From: Candidatus Kerfeldbacteria bacterium
GTDB lineage: Bacteria > Patescibacteriota > Patescibacteriia > UBA9570 > XYC2-FULL-38-9
DNA: 64,000 bases
Direction: 5' to 3'
Assembly (NCBI GenBank): GCA_016182555.1
Contig: JACPGJ010000008.1
Location: 386,555-450,554 of the forward strand
Positions within the stretch are counted from its first letter, which is position 1. Each line of letters opens with the position of its first letter. Made by a program: the position numbers and the translations under genes. Under the pieces are notes generated by a model. It had not been told where the DNA came from. It searched no databases and saw only the letters and a program-made list of their open reading frames with translations. This document shows, piece after piece, positions 47,092 through 57,802 of the stretch.

Positions 47092-48738
47092 CTACTCTGC
47101 TTGCGCTTTTGGTTGCCCAAATGCCGTGCTCGCTAAATCCCACACATTGGCCACCTCTTCTTCCGAAGGTTGTTCAATATTCGTCACTGGGTTATCTGCT
47201 TTTTTACCGTATTCTTTGCCAATGATCACCTCGACCATCACTGGACCGCCAAATATTTTCTCAAATACTGTGCCGATGACCGGAATATTACGTGCATCCC
47301 GTAATCGGTCTTGATAAAATTGATATTCGAAACCGAGTGTGACCGTATTCCCTTCCGCTGCAACAATTTGCCCCACTTGCAATGTGACATGCAACCCATG
47401 ATTATGGTGTTTCATCTCTTCAAGAACAGCGCTCCATTGCGCCTCAACAGCCTCAATACTGAGGGTTATCGGCAACCGTGGTTTATCCGGTTGAACCGAA
47501 GTTGCTTGTGTGGTGGGTCGCTGCTGACGAATGGTCGATGGCGCAACTGATGCTATTTTTTTTCCTATGCTCGTTGGAGTTGAACGTGGGGCTGTCGTTT
47601 GCTTGGATGGTGGAAGTGTAGACGTTGCCGGCAGACGAACCGGTAAGGGCTTCTCTTTCGCCGAATCAATAATCGCCAATTCTATAGGAAGCTGTGGAAT
47701 GCTTGCAGAACGAAGCTGCTCTGCGGCGCGCATCCAAACATGAATGATCCGTGATAGATCATTCGTACCAAAATCCATGACCAACGTTTTCAGAACTTCC
47801 TGTTCACTACTCACTGCCATATAGTCGAAGACATTGGTGTCTTGCTGAACACTGTACAATAATAACGCACGTAAAAATTCAATAGCATCTTTCGTGAATT
47901 GTGTAAGCACCGCTCCGTCATGATATAGTCGGTTCACTCTCGTTATTGCTGCGGCAATATCTTTTTTCTGAATTTCTTGAAAAAGATTGATCAATTCATC
48001 AGCATCCGAATACGGTAATACTTGGCGTGCAGCGGCCAAGGTAATTGGTGAACTCTGTAAAGACAATACTTGCCCAAGCAAACTTTCTGCATCTCGTAAT
48101 GCTCCTTCACAACGCCGAGTAATAGCATGAAGCACTTCTGGATCCACTTCCACTCCCTCCGCCTGGGCAATATGTGTGAGTCGAGCGACAACATCCGCAG
48201 GGCGAATCGTATGAAACGTAAAACGCTCGCAACGTGAAGCAATCGTGGCTGGCACTTTATGTATTTCAGTAGTGGCCAGAATAAAGATCGTCTGTTTCGG
48301 TGGTTCTTCCAATGTTTTCAATAAAGCATTAAACGCTGAAGTTGATAACATATGCACTTCATCGATGATAAATACTTTCCAAGGCAATCGTGAAGGTGCT
48401 ACACGAGCATTTTCAATAATATGTTCACGCACATGATCTACACCGGTATGCGACGCGGCATCAATTTCCACAACATCTAAAGCGCGGTTTTGCAAAATAC
48501 TCACGCAATATTCACAGGTATTACATGGCTCTCCGTCTGTTATTTGTTGACAGTTTACTGCACGCGCCAGCAACCGAGCCGTACTGGTTTTCCCGGTGCC
48601 GCGTGGACCACAAAATAAATAGGCGTGCGCAACAGCCTGGTCACGGAGTTCATTCTGCAATGTGGTGCGAATATGCTCTTGGCCGACCATGTCGGCAAAT
48701 CGTTGTGGTCGATATTTTTGATATAAGGATGTAGACAT
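47092..48738 (-). CDS. dnaX: DNA polymerase III subunit gamma/tau
   Basis: LY.KYRP..F, GPRGTGKTS, C..C..C zinc site, EIDAAS, IIDEVHML, SRC. Confidence 0.97.
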   Translation of the reverse strand: MSTSLYQKYRPQRFADMVGQEHIRTTLQNELRDQAVAHAYLFCGPRGTGKTSTARLLARAVNCQQITDGEPCNTCEYCVSILQNRALDVVEIDAASHTGVDHVREHIIENARVAPSRLPWKVFIIDEVHMLSTSAFNALLKTLEEPPKQTIFILATTEIHKVPATIASRCERFTFHTIRPADVVARLTHIAQAEGVEVDPEVLHAITRRCEGALRDAESLLGQVLSLQSSPITLAAARQVLPYSDADELINLFQEIQKKDIAAAITRVNRLYHDGAVLTQFTKDAIEFLRALLLYSVQQDTNVFDYMAVSSEQEVLKTLVMDFGTNDLSRIIHVWMRAAEQLRSASIPQLPIELAIIDSAKEKPLPVRLPATSTLPPSKQTTAPRSTPTSIGKKIASVAPSTIRQQRPTTQATSVQPDKPRLPITLSIEAVEAQWSAVLEEMKHHNHGLHVTLQVGQIVAAEGNTVTLGFEYQFYQDRLRDARNIPVIGTVFEKIFGGPVMVEVIIGKEYGKKADNPVTNIEQPSEEEVANVWDLASTAFGQPKAQAE

Positions 48739-48743
48739 GAAAA

Positions 48744-49403
48744 TTAAATTAACTCTGCATTGGATCCCCCACCCAGTTCTAAGTCATCGCCCATCGGCAG
48801 TTCCGCGTTCATGCCGTCATTCAACAATAGTTGCATGTGCGCATCCATATCATCAACATCATCGGTCTGCTTAATCACATTTTCAACCGCTGCCCAACGA
48901 GCCGGCATATCTGCTGGAATCAACATAATCACTCCGTCATTTGGTTCACCTTTATAATACGTCACGCTCGCGGTAATGAGGCGATAACTTTTTCCGCGTT
49001 GGGTCACAACCCGGTATGCACCAGTTTCAGCATCGCGAACAAGCGTACCAACTTCTCGGTTCCGTTTCACTGGTCCAATTTGCTTGTAAATAAATGATCC
49101 ATCTTGCTTAATGGTCAACTTCATAATATCGCCTTCAACCAACTTCGACTTACTCGCATAATTAGCAGGAACAGTGTACACACGACCATCAGGACCCACC
49201 ATATTTTGACCATCAAAAACCCCTTCAATAATAGTATCGCGATTATCAGATTCAACACTGCCAAATTCGAGCGCTTTTTCTTTCGATGCCCGTTGTTCGT
49301 CCACTGGACCAAGCGAATCGAGTAACTGTTGAACCTGAGTGAGCTGCGCTTGAATATCTTCAATTTTACGATGAATTTTCTCTACGAATGGTTCTTGATT
49401 CAT
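48744..49403 (-). CDS. Conserved hypothetical protein upstream of dnaX
   Basis: IIEGVFDGQNM...Y.VPANYASKSKLVEGD..KLTI..DG.F.YKQIGP, recalled as a CPR-conserved family (not verified); function unknown. Confidence 0.7.
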   Translation of the reverse strand: MNQEPFVEKIHRKIEDIQAQLTQVQQLLDSLGPVDEQRASKEKALEFGSVESDNRDTIIEGVFDGQNMVGPDGRVYTVPANYASKSKLVEGDIMKLTIKQDGSFIYKQIGPVKRNREVGTLVRDAETGAYRVVTQRGKSYRLITASVTYYKGEPNDGVIMLIPADMPARWAAVENVIKQTDDVDDMDAHMQLLLNDGMNAELPMGDDLELGGGSNAELI

Positions 49404-49539
49404 AAGGATATTTATTTTTGTTGTTTGTTAATCCGTTAGGCATCTTACCTGAAAAGCGCCATGTTGTAAATACAAAAAATCGCCCCTATTTCGAGCGTTT
49501 TTCTCGTCACACAAGACATTATTCACACGCTATCCACTC

Positions 49540-49890
49540 CTATGCAGGCAAAGCAAAAGAATCATCGTTGATTTCCTCTTCTGTTTGCTGACCGCGCAAT
49601 TTTTGAATCATAATCCGTTCTTGCGCAAATAATCTATTCAACTCTTCAATATTATGATCAACTAATAACTGTTTTTTCTTTTTGACATAATCCACCACCG
49701 TACGAATTTTTTCTGGATGATCCATAAAATAATCCATTGCCCCTTCCATTTGCTCTGGAGCCAACATATCAAGAATACGAAAAAATACATCTTGCTCACC
49801 CCGTGTTAAATCCTGAAATGGATCTAATGGAGCAAATGTTTCCGGTTCACCAAATTCATCTAATTGTTCATCCTCCTGATACGCTGCCAT
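49540..49890 (-). CDS. Hypothetical acidic protein
   Basis: 116-aa ORF co-oriented with its neighbours. Confidence 0.6.
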   Translation of the reverse strand: MAAYQEDEQLDEFGEPETFAPLDPFQDLTRGEQDVFFRILDMLAPEQMEGAMDYFMDHPEKIRTVVDYVKKKKQLLVDHNIEELNRLFAQERIMIQKLRGQQTEEEINDDSFALPA

Positions 49891-49905
49891 AGAAAATTTC
49901 CTTAA

Positions 49906-50172
49906 TTATGCGGCATGTCTTGCGGTAAAACGTTCTTTAAAACGCTCTTCAACTTCAGCGGCTGGTGCTACACCCTCGGCTAAAGCCAAGTTGCCGGTTT
50001 CAGTCATTTGAAAACTATCAAAAGCATTTGAACCTTCTTGAACCAAAGATTCAAGAACTACAAAAACCCCTGCTAAACCTTCACGTTGTTCTTTAGGCAA
50101 TGGAGCAATACGTTCATCGAGAGAACCTTCGGTTTTGCGCTCTTTTGCGTTTCCAATAGTGCGTTCATCCAT
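49906..50172 (-). CDS. Hypothetical protein
   Basis: 88-aa ORF, 15 bp upstream of the next gene. Confidence 0.55.
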   Translation of the reverse strand: MDERTIGNAKERKTEGSLDERIAPLPKEQREGLAGVFVVLESLVQEGSNAFDSFQMTETGNLALAEGVAPAAEVEERFKERFTARHAA

Positions 50173-50263
50173 AAAATATAGTATAACTTATTTTTCGTAT
50201 ACCGTAAATATCGCTGTCTTTATTGTATTTATCACACTTTTTTGATTTTGTCAAGGGCAAAAA

Positions 50264-53200
50264 TTAAGAAGGAAATGGGGTCCACATAAACTCTGTTTGG
50301 CCACGTTTATTCAACAATTTTACTCGTTTTTTCTGGATATGAATACGAAATTTTTTGTGGTGTATAGGAAAATAGCGAGCTAATTTTCTCAACGTAAATT
50401 TTGCTGTTGCGGTGTTATAAGAAAAAATTTTAAAGTAAATCGTTGCCCCACGTTTTGTACCCATCACCACTTCAACAGTGCTATTGGTTTGATCCAAATT
50501 ACCCACCGCAATTTTGCGTAAATGTAATTTCGGAGACAACCGTTTCTTCTTCAAAATGGTTCCTAATTTAGAGTATACGTGTGTCGTCGTACCTGTTTTA
50601 TTTTTCACAGTAAAAATATACGCCGCTCCACTCACGCTTATCAACCGTGGAGAAACTCCACCAATAGCAAATGCTTCCCAGGAAGCCACCAATTCATTTT
50701 GCTTATTATACACATAGACAATCCCTTTTCCTTTTCGTTTACCACTCACATGATCCACATCAATCTCGGCTCCACTTTCATCCGGTTCTGAAACCGTCAC
50801 CGTTATCTCATTACTCGTTGCACTCGCACCTTGTGGGTCGCGTGCACGAAAATAAATATCTTCGCTACCCGCAAAATAATCTGGTGCAGACATCGTCACA
50901 TTCCCCTCATCATCAATATCCACCGTAATCACGTCTGTACCAACTGCACTGAAGGTGAGTACATCCCCATCCGCATCAGAAAAATAATCGCTCAAATTAA
51001 ACAGGGTATTCGTGGTATCCCCGGCGAGAAAAGAAATATTATCTACACTGCCGGAAAACACCGGAGCCATATTTTCGCCTTCCCCATTACTTTCATACGC
51101 CCCCATATCAACTCCATTTCCTCGTGGCCGACCGGTTCCGAAATAATCAGTTGCCGGCGCATTTGCTGTATCTCCTTCATCCACCACAATAGATTCATCA
51201 GAAATGTTGCCAGAGAGAATTTGATATGACACACCAGAAGAAACGAAATCGGACAATTCATAATCTGTGCTGGTATATAGCGTCAACGTATTTCCGGTAT
51301 GCTGTTGAATCATCCAAACGTGACGCTTCGTTATATCCGTGGTGGCATCAGCAACGAGAAAATAGGGAACGCCAGCTTCAGACATGTCCCATTCACTCTG
51401 TGTCCATGTCGCTGAAGTATCTGTCAATGTGTCGGCGGTGATGCTTGTACTGATGCCAGAAGCCTCTTCCTCAAATAGATTGGTGTCTGCAATGGCAATG
51501 CTCTGATCACCACTCTCCGGGCAATCTGGTGTTGCCGCAAAAAAATTCGTTTCGTTATAGTAACTATAATTATAATTTTCGGTCACGTTTGGGTTACTCG
51601 TCACACAAGTAATGCCACCGCCGTCGCCATACGCCACGATATTATTGAATACCGTAAATGCCGCCGTTGCATCATTCAAGGTCAATTGACCAACATTCGA
51701 TTCTGTAGAACGATTACCCAAAAACGTATTATTGCGAATGCTACCACTCGTATTCATCGCGCTGGCGAGATATCCATAATCATCATTACCAACAACAAAA
51801 TTGTTTTCAATAGTTCCCGGGGTACAGGCAATACCAGAGCCATTACCCGCCACCACACTGGTGCTCAATGAACAGTTATCAAATGTACCATCTACTGCTG
51901 CTGTACCATTACCAGCAATAATTGTATCTTCTACGATCAACTGAGCCGTGTCATCTACACCGCTAATCCCCGCACCCGTTACCGCAGAAATTAAAGAACG
52001 ATCAATCGTTGTGGAAGATGACCCAACATCAATACCATTCTGTCCACAGGATCGTAATTCAACAGAGTCCACAGTCATGATACTGGAGGAGGAAGCGCCG
52101 CCAGCCAGAATACAACTCCCACCAAATTCACCAATAATCATATCTTTAACCGTCGCTTGAGTGAGTGCGCTATCATTCATGATGACCGCCGGAGCATTTG
52201 TGAAATATAATCCAAGCAACGTGGTCGTGTCCTGACCAGTGCGCCCGGCTCCATCAATAATTAAATTTTTGGAACCGAGGTCAATATATTCTACAAAAAC
52301 ACCATAGGGGACGGTAATGGTTTCTCCACTACTGGCTGCAGACACAGCTTCCGCAATAGAATCATACGTTCCCCCACCTCCGCTTCGAGTCACACCATTA
52401 TGGACAAAAACAACCACGTCAAATGAATCGTCACTTTGCACCGTGTTCGTATGATCAATAACAGAAAAATGAAACGTATAATTCGGAATCACTGAAGGAG
52501 TAAAGCTCGGTGTGGCAGTTTGTTCATTTGTGACGGTCAAGGAACTCCCTTCTTGTGTGAAAACATACGTTTTCGCATCACCTTCTGCTATGGAATCACT
52601 AAAATCGAATGTGACTAATTCATTTATCGTGGAATGGATATTTCGTTTAGCTACTACGGGAACAGGAACACTCGCTGTTCCACCCGTAAAACCCATATCA
52701 TTTTGCGAAAGATCATCATCATCATACCGGTCACTAGGATCCCCCGCATTTCTTGCTGACGAAAGCGATTGCAATGTGACATTTGTGACGACATACGGAT
52801 CACCATGGTTGCTACTCGTTTCATAGTTCAACATACTATAACTATTACTGGTACTAGCAACCGTAATAGTCGTAGCGGTATTGGACAGAATATACCAGGC
52901 ACGACGATTCGTACTATTGTTCGTTGTATTTGCAAATAAAAATGAACCAGCAAACTGATTCGCCGTCCAAGATGTACTGGTATCGGTCAGGATGGTATTT
53001 GTCAAATCGCTCGTGTTGCCGGACGCGTTTGTTGTAAATAACGGATCACTGGTGATACCATTACTGAATGTACATTCCGTACTATCTTCATCACCATTGG
53101 TATTATTATAGATATCATTATACGCTGCATCACAGCTCGTCACTGTTTCACTAGTCGTATCAATCGCATTCACATTATTATGAGCGATAATGTTATTGTG

Positions 53201-54565
53201 AATATCTAACGTTTGCAACATATTCTCTGACAAATCTATACCATCTGAATCATTGGCGAGTATCGTGTTGTTGCGGATATACACACTGATGGGGTAATAA
53301 TTTTCTGCTCCCACAACCCGAATACCACTACCGTCTGTTCCAGCCGTACCATTACCGATAATTTTATTATGGTCAACAACGATAGTGCGTTCTTGCGTGG
53401 TGGCGGAATCTGTCTGCAAAAAATCAGCAAATATTCCATTCAATCCATTGCTTGCAATCGTATTATCATGAATAAATGCTGTGGCCTGTGCATCAACCAA
53501 CGCAATACCGGAACCATTGTTATCGACGATATCGCAATCATACACGGTCCCACCAGCTTCCGTCGTTTCTGTACTCATGATTGCCACGCCATCACTCATC
53601 GCATTACGGATAGAAAATCCATGTAATTTTGACCTCAACGTTGTCCCCTCATCAAAGACGACCGCACGCTGGTTTCCACTGGCATCAATAATACTACTAT
53701 TATTCCCAGTCGCACCATTTCCGTTAATATCAATACTCTTTCCGTCAAAATCAACTGATTCCTGATATGTTCCTGCAGCCACCATAATCACATCACCATG
53801 AGAAGATTGATCAATGGTGTAATTGATAGTTAAACAAGGAGAACTTTGGCTAGTGCACGACCCAGTATCAACCCCTCCAGTATCATCGACATATCTCTCC
53901 GTGCGCGTCGTAAAAGCAGAAGCCGCTGACCACGCAGAATCACCGTTACTGTTTGTATAACGCACAAAAGCATAATAGGTGGTATTTGGAGTCAACGTGG
54001 TTGCCACCGTTACTTGTTCACGATCAGTCGTGTCATTATCTTGGCTCCAAACTACACTACTCCCACCACTATCGCTGGTGACTTTCCAATCGGTAGAATC
54101 GTGAAACGCAGAAGAACGATATGTTGAACCAACCAATATTGGATTGAGGCCTATTCCAGCTAAACCAGCACTTGGATAAATGATTGTTGGAGTGTCTGGT
54201 TCATTCGCTGCATGCGTTGGCGATTGCACCAAAAAAATACCATTCGTGCTAACGATAATGATAATAACGATGATCGTTGAGAGCGCACTGGCTTGAACAC
54301 GCCGATGCCAGCGACGATGCTGCGTATAGGAATGCATATATCCTGTATGTGGGTCCACGGTGTAGGCCATAGAAAATACGGAAGCCGGCGGAAGAAATAA
54401 CACCATGACGGTATATGTCAGCGCAAAAACCACATACGCAAAAAATAACACCACACTCAACAAAAAACGGTTGAGAAAAAAATTTCCTTGGTCGCGTACA
54501 CGCGTTTCAATACGAAAAATATATCCTTGTATCTGCGAATAAAGAAAAGAAAATATTCTCCCCAT
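50264..54565 (-). CDS. Giant surface protein B (FN3, two right-handed beta-helix regions, Ig/cadherin repeat, basic C-terminal domain)
   Basis: 1433 aa; GDVIMVAAGTYQE; NN.I..N...GI repeats; DY.G..RP.G.GVDMGAYE; shares both termini with 12291-16970. Confidence 0.8.
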   Translation of the reverse strand: MGRIFSFLYSQIQGYIFRIETRVRDQGNFFLNRFLLSVVLFFAYVVFALTYTVMVLFLPPASVFSMAYTVDPHTGYMHSYTQHRRWHRRVQASALSTIIVIIIIVSTNGIFLVQSPTHAANEPDTPTIIYPSAGLAGIGLNPILVGSTYRSSAFHDSTDWKVTSDSGGSSVVWSQDNDTTDREQVTVATTLTPNTTYYAFVRYTNSNGDSAWSAASAFTTRTERYVDDTGGVDTGSCTSQSSPCLTINYTIDQSSHGDVIMVAAGTYQESVDFDGKSIDINGNGATGNNSSIIDASGNQRAVVFDEGTTLRSKLHGFSIRNAMSDGVAIMSTETTEAGGTVYDCDIVDNNGSGIALVDAQATAFIHDNTIASNGLNGIFADFLQTDSATTQERTIVVDHNKIIGNGTAGTDGSGIRVVGAENYYPISVYIRNNTILANDSDGIDLSENMLQTLDIHNNIIAHNNVNAIDTTSETVTSCDAAYNDIYNNTNGDEDSTECTFSNGITSDPLFTTNASGNTSDLTNTILTDTSTSWTANQFAGSFLFANTTNNSTNRRAWYILSNTATTITVASTSNSYSMLNYETSSNHGDPYVVTNVTLQSLSSARNAGDPSDRYDDDDLSQNDMGFTGGTASVPVPVVAKRNIHSTINELVTFDFSDSIAEGDAKTYVFTQEGSSLTVTNEQTATPSFTPSVIPNYTFHFSVIDHTNTVQSDDSFDVVVFVHNGVTRSGGGGTYDSIAEAVSAASSGETITVPYGVFVEYIDLGSKNLIIDGAGRTGQDTTTLLGLYFTNAPAVIMNDSALTQATVKDMIIGEFGGSCILAGGASSSSIMTVDSVELRSCGQNGIDVGSSSTTIDRSLISAVTGAGISGVDDTAQLIVEDTIIAGNGTAAVDGTFDNCSLSTSVVAGNGSGIACTPGTIENNFVVGNDDYGYLASAMNTSGSIRNNTFLGNRSTESNVGQLTLNDATAAFTVFNNIVAYGDGGGITCVTSNPNVTENYNYSYYNETNFFAATPDCPESGDQSIAIADTNLFEEEASGISTSITADTLTDTSATWTQSEWDMSEAGVPYFLVADATTDITKRHVWMIQQHTGNTLTLYTSTDYELSDFVSSGVSYQILSGNISDESIVVDEGDTANAPATDYFGTGRPRGNGVDMGAYESNGEGENMAPVFSGSVDNISFLAGDTTNTLFNLSDYFSDADGDVLTFSAVGTDVITVDIDDEGNVTMSAPDYFAGSEDIYFRARDPQGASATSNEITVTVSEPDESGAEIDVDHVSGKRKGKGIVYVYNKQNELVASWEAFAIGGVSPRLISVSGAAYIFTVKNKTGTTTHVYSKLGTILKKKRLSPKLHLRKIAVGNLDQTNSTVEVVMGTKRGATIYFKIFSYNTATAKFTLRKLARYFPIHHKKFRIHIQKKRVKLLNKRGQTEFMWTPFPS

Positions 54566-54574
54566 GTTGAATGA

Positions 54575-57109
54575 TTAAATAAAAGATTCTGGACCAGTCA
54601 TGCCACCACCACCAAGCTTATCCCACTGGGCACGTTCGCGAATCGTATCTTCCACTTCTTGGCGGTCACGTCCATATTTCATGCGTGATAATTCTCGGAG
54701 TAATGGGCTCATTGAGCGGTTACCATCTGGTGGCAAAATCGTATTCATATTGAATGGCCGTGATGCGGTATTATCAATCAATAACTTAATATTCGCCGTA
54801 TACTGCTCTACATTAATAATATCGTTTTTATTAAAAACCGGAATAAATTCTTTTTCCAGAAATTCGGCGTCTTCCGCGCCTACACGAAATGCCGCCATCG
54901 TACCTGCGTTCCCAAACACCGCATCGCGAATTTTTGTATCGTTATTTGTGGTCAGTTGCGCAATATACTGGTGAGCCATAATCAAATTCAACAAATATTT
55001 ACGAGCTTCAGATAAAATCGTCGCAATCGAATCGGTAGAAAAATTTTGAAATTCGTCCATGTATAAGTAAAAATCTTTGCGTTTTTCTTTTGGCATATCG
55101 GCACGCGCCATTGCGGCCATCTGAATTTTTGACACCATGATTAACCCCAACAAACTAGAGTTCACTTCTCCAATTTTTCCTTTAGACAAATTCACTAACA
55201 AAATCTTTTGGTTATCCATTACATCACGCAAATTAAACGCTGAACGGGACTGACCAATGATATTACGCATCATGTCATTGGTCAGGAAACGACCAATTTT
55301 CGAAATCACGTAAGACAACATATCTGCCGCAGATTGCCCAGCTTGCGACTGTTCATATTCCTGTTCCCAAAAATTTTTCACAATCATGTTTTTCACTTTC
55401 GCTACCTTCTCTTTGCGGAATTTATCATCCGTGAACATGCGTGGAATTTCAATCAACGTTGCTCCGGCTTCTTTGTCTTCCATCAATGCCAACATGGCGT
55501 TACGCATGTAGTGTTCAAACATCGGGCCAATCATTTCTTGACCAAACAATTTGTAGAAAATAGCCACCATCTCCTGCACCGCAAAATCTTTCTGTTCATC
55601 ATTTTCATATTCCAACATGTTCAATCCCATTGGTCGCGTACTATCCGACGGATCAAAAATAATCACATCGTCTATGCGCTCTTTTGGAATGTGCGGCAAA
55701 ATATCTTCCACTAATTCTCCATGCGGATCAATCACGCCAACCCCTTCTCCATTTTGGATATCTTGCAACGCCATTTGGGTCAACAACACCGATTTACCGG
55801 AACCAGATTTACCAATCACATACATATGGCGTCGGCGGTCGGCGCGTTTAATACGCACCATAGTTTCAGTGCTACGATATTTCACCTTTCCAATAATAAT
55901 CCCCTCTTTCGGCATATTCGCGGGTGGTGCAGATTTGCGCGCCATGAGCCAGCGAATATTTGGTGTTTCCGTCGTCGGTAATGGCAAATGCCACAATGAC
56001 GCCATTTCTTTGGTGTTCAATACAAAGCTGTGTTTTGAATCAAACGTACGATAAATAAAACTATTCACCAAATCTTGTTTGTCACTTGGTTTACTGGCCA
56101 CAAATTTATTGCCATATTGGTAACCCGCATATTGCGAAAACACATTCAAAATATTCATCAGTTTTGATTCGGCCTGTTGTGGGCTTGGGCCCGAAGCAAT
56201 CACCCGAATATTCACATCAAAACCAGATTTGGATGTTTTTTCTTCCAACGATTTCACTATTTGGTCTTCCATAGGTGACAAACGGTAATCTCGGTCGGTT
56301 TGTGGATCAATACCAGAATCCCGTTTTGATTTCTTGGGGAAAAATGTGTGCCAAATTTCACGAAATGCTTTTACAAAAATATTGGACATCACTTCGTTAT
56401 AGGCTTGCTCCATACTTTTCCCCTGCTGCATGGTGTGCGCCACTTTTGACGGGTATTCATGCCAATCTGCTTTTGCCGAACGAATAACAAACTGAATGGC
56501 TGCGCCTTCATTTTTTTCAAACTTGGACAAGACATTCGTAATCGCATTCAACGGATCAGATTCCATTTTGTCGTATGTTTGAATCGCAAACATTTGATCT
56601 TTGTCCAGCTTCAGCGAAGAGGCCACAATCGCTCCTTGCGGATCAAAAATATTGTAATCCTCAACTTCATAAATTTCTGCCGTTTCATATTGTGCTTGAA
56701 TTTGGTGTTCAAAATACTGCTTCATATAGCGGGGCACCGCCGCATAAAATGTCACCTGGCCTTCTTTATCTGCCACAATTTCAAGTGATAGATGATCGTT
56801 GCGACCAAAGAGAAAATGCATAAACCCACGCTGTGCTTTTACACCGCCAAGTGTAGCGAAAAATACTTCGGCAACAGAAATTTTTTCTTTAATCTGGTCT
56901 CCGCTTGGCGGCTGGCTACTCTCATCTTCTTGTCCTTCTTTCGGAATCAGAATTTGCAACACCACCATGTGGAAGGCGCTAGGACGTTTCAAACTGCGCT
57001 GAATAATATGGCGAATTACTAACAACACCAGAAATAAAAATACCCCAGAAAGCAAAACATATCCGATGATCAGAATAATGCTATTGAGTGCTAAAATAGT
57101 ATCCAACAT
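54575..57109 (-). CDS. VirD4/TrwB/HerA-like (DUF87) membrane-anchored ATPase
   Basis: N-terminal TM; DRRRHMYVIGKSGSGKS; VIDPHG; LYMDEFQNF; ILSEARKY...AHQY..QL. Confidence 0.85.
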   Translation of the reverse strand: MLDTILALNSIILIIGYVLLSGVFLFLVLLVIRHIIQRSLKRPSAFHMVVLQILIPKEGQEDESSQPPSGDQIKEKISVAEVFFATLGGVKAQRGFMHFLFGRNDHLSLEIVADKEGQVTFYAAVPRYMKQYFEHQIQAQYETAEIYEVEDYNIFDPQGAIVASSLKLDKDQMFAIQTYDKMESDPLNAITNVLSKFEKNEGAAIQFVIRSAKADWHEYPSKVAHTMQQGKSMEQAYNEVMSNIFVKAFREIWHTFFPKKSKRDSGIDPQTDRDYRLSPMEDQIVKSLEEKTSKSGFDVNIRVIASGPSPQQAESKLMNILNVFSQYAGYQYGNKFVASKPSDKQDLVNSFIYRTFDSKHSFVLNTKEMASLWHLPLPTTETPNIRWLMARKSAPPANMPKEGIIIGKVKYRSTETMVRIKRADRRRHMYVIGKSGSGKSVLLTQMALQDIQNGEGVGVIDPHGELVEDILPHIPKERIDDVIIFDPSDSTRPMGLNMLEYENDEQKDFAVQEMVAIFYKLFGQEMIGPMFEHYMRNAMLALMEDKEAGATLIEIPRMFTDDKFRKEKVAKVKNMIVKNFWEQEYEQSQAGQSAADMLSYVISKIGRFLTNDMMRNIIGQSRSAFNLRDVMDNQKILLVNLSKGKIGEVNSSLLGLIMVSKIQMAAMARADMPKEKRKDFYLYMDEFQNFSTDSIATILSEARKYLLNLIMAHQYIAQLTTNNDTKIRDAVFGNAGTMAAFRVGAEDAEFLEKEFIPVFNKNDIINVEQYTANIKLLIDNTASRPFNMNTILPPDGNRSMSPLLRELSRMKYGRDRQEVEDTIRERAQWDKLGGGGMTGPESFI

Positions 57110-57117
57110 CTTGCGTG

Positions 57118-57720
57118 CTATTGGCCAAACTGTTTAGTGCGCTGTTCTTTGCGTAACTTGCGTTGGAGCTTCATCATACGGTCGGTTTTAATTTTGGATT
57201 CCTGTTCAAGAAAGTATTTATTCACGCGCGGAATGGTTGCTAACCAATCACGAATCAACTGTAATACGCGCCGAGCGGTGGCGGAAAATGTGGTCATCAT
57301 CTGTTCAATAGCGCTAGCAGATTCCTCTCCTTTTGTTCGGAATTTTAACTGTTCTTCTGGGGTCATCGATTGATAAATTTTGGTTAAACCATCAGATAAA
57401 ATAGATTCAATATCAACACGAGCGGCGGTTTTTACTGGAACAATAGGCGCAACCGGAGCGACGGGCTGTTGAACAGCGGTCGTCGTGCCCCGCACTCCCG
57501 GGCGCTGCACTTCTGGAATAGCCGGCTGTTGTTGGTCATAGGAAATTTCTTGTTCTTGCTTGTTTTTTTCAACAGGGATGGGAGCAGTAACTTCTGGCTG
57601 GGGTGCCGTCACCGGATAATTCAAAGAAACCTCCGGTGGTTGAGGCGACAATGGTGCATCCAGGACAATACCTAAGTCCTGCTCTTTGCCTCTTTTTTTG
57701 TTCTTACTTAAGATCGGCAT
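57118..57720 (-). CDS. Conserved hypothetical protein (Pro-rich N-terminus, helical C-terminus)
   Basis: IE.ILS..L..IY.SM...GEE...WL..IP.VNKYFLEQE.KIKTD; 8 bp upstream of the ATPase gene. Confidence 0.65.
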   Translation of the reverse strand: MPILSKNKKRGKEQDLGIVLDAPLSPQPPEVSLNYPVTAPQPEVTAPIPVEKNKQEQEISYDQQQPAIPEVQRPGVRGTTTAVQQPVAPVAPIVPVKTAARVDIESILSDGLTKIYQSMTPEEQLKFRTKGEESASAIEQMMTTFSATARRVLQLIRDWLATIPRVNKYFLEQESKIKTDRMMKLQRKLRKEQRTKQFGQ

Positions 57721-57802
57721 GAAATATGAAAAATATGCAAAAAGGATGTAGCTAGTATAACACAAAATTGCCTCTTCTGCAATATATGGTACACTCTTTT
57801 GT

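Noticed and set aside
47092-48738. Programmed frameshift producing a separate gamma subunit
   Set aside because: I did not find an A AAA AAG slippery site with a downstream hairpin at the expected position.
48744-49403. Ribosomal protein L7/L12 label that I recall being attached to this family
   Set aside because: The sequence has none of the L7/L12 motifs; left as hypothetical.
49404-49539. SRP RNA (ffs) near dnaX
   Set aside because: No SRP domain IV motif or long stem on either strand.
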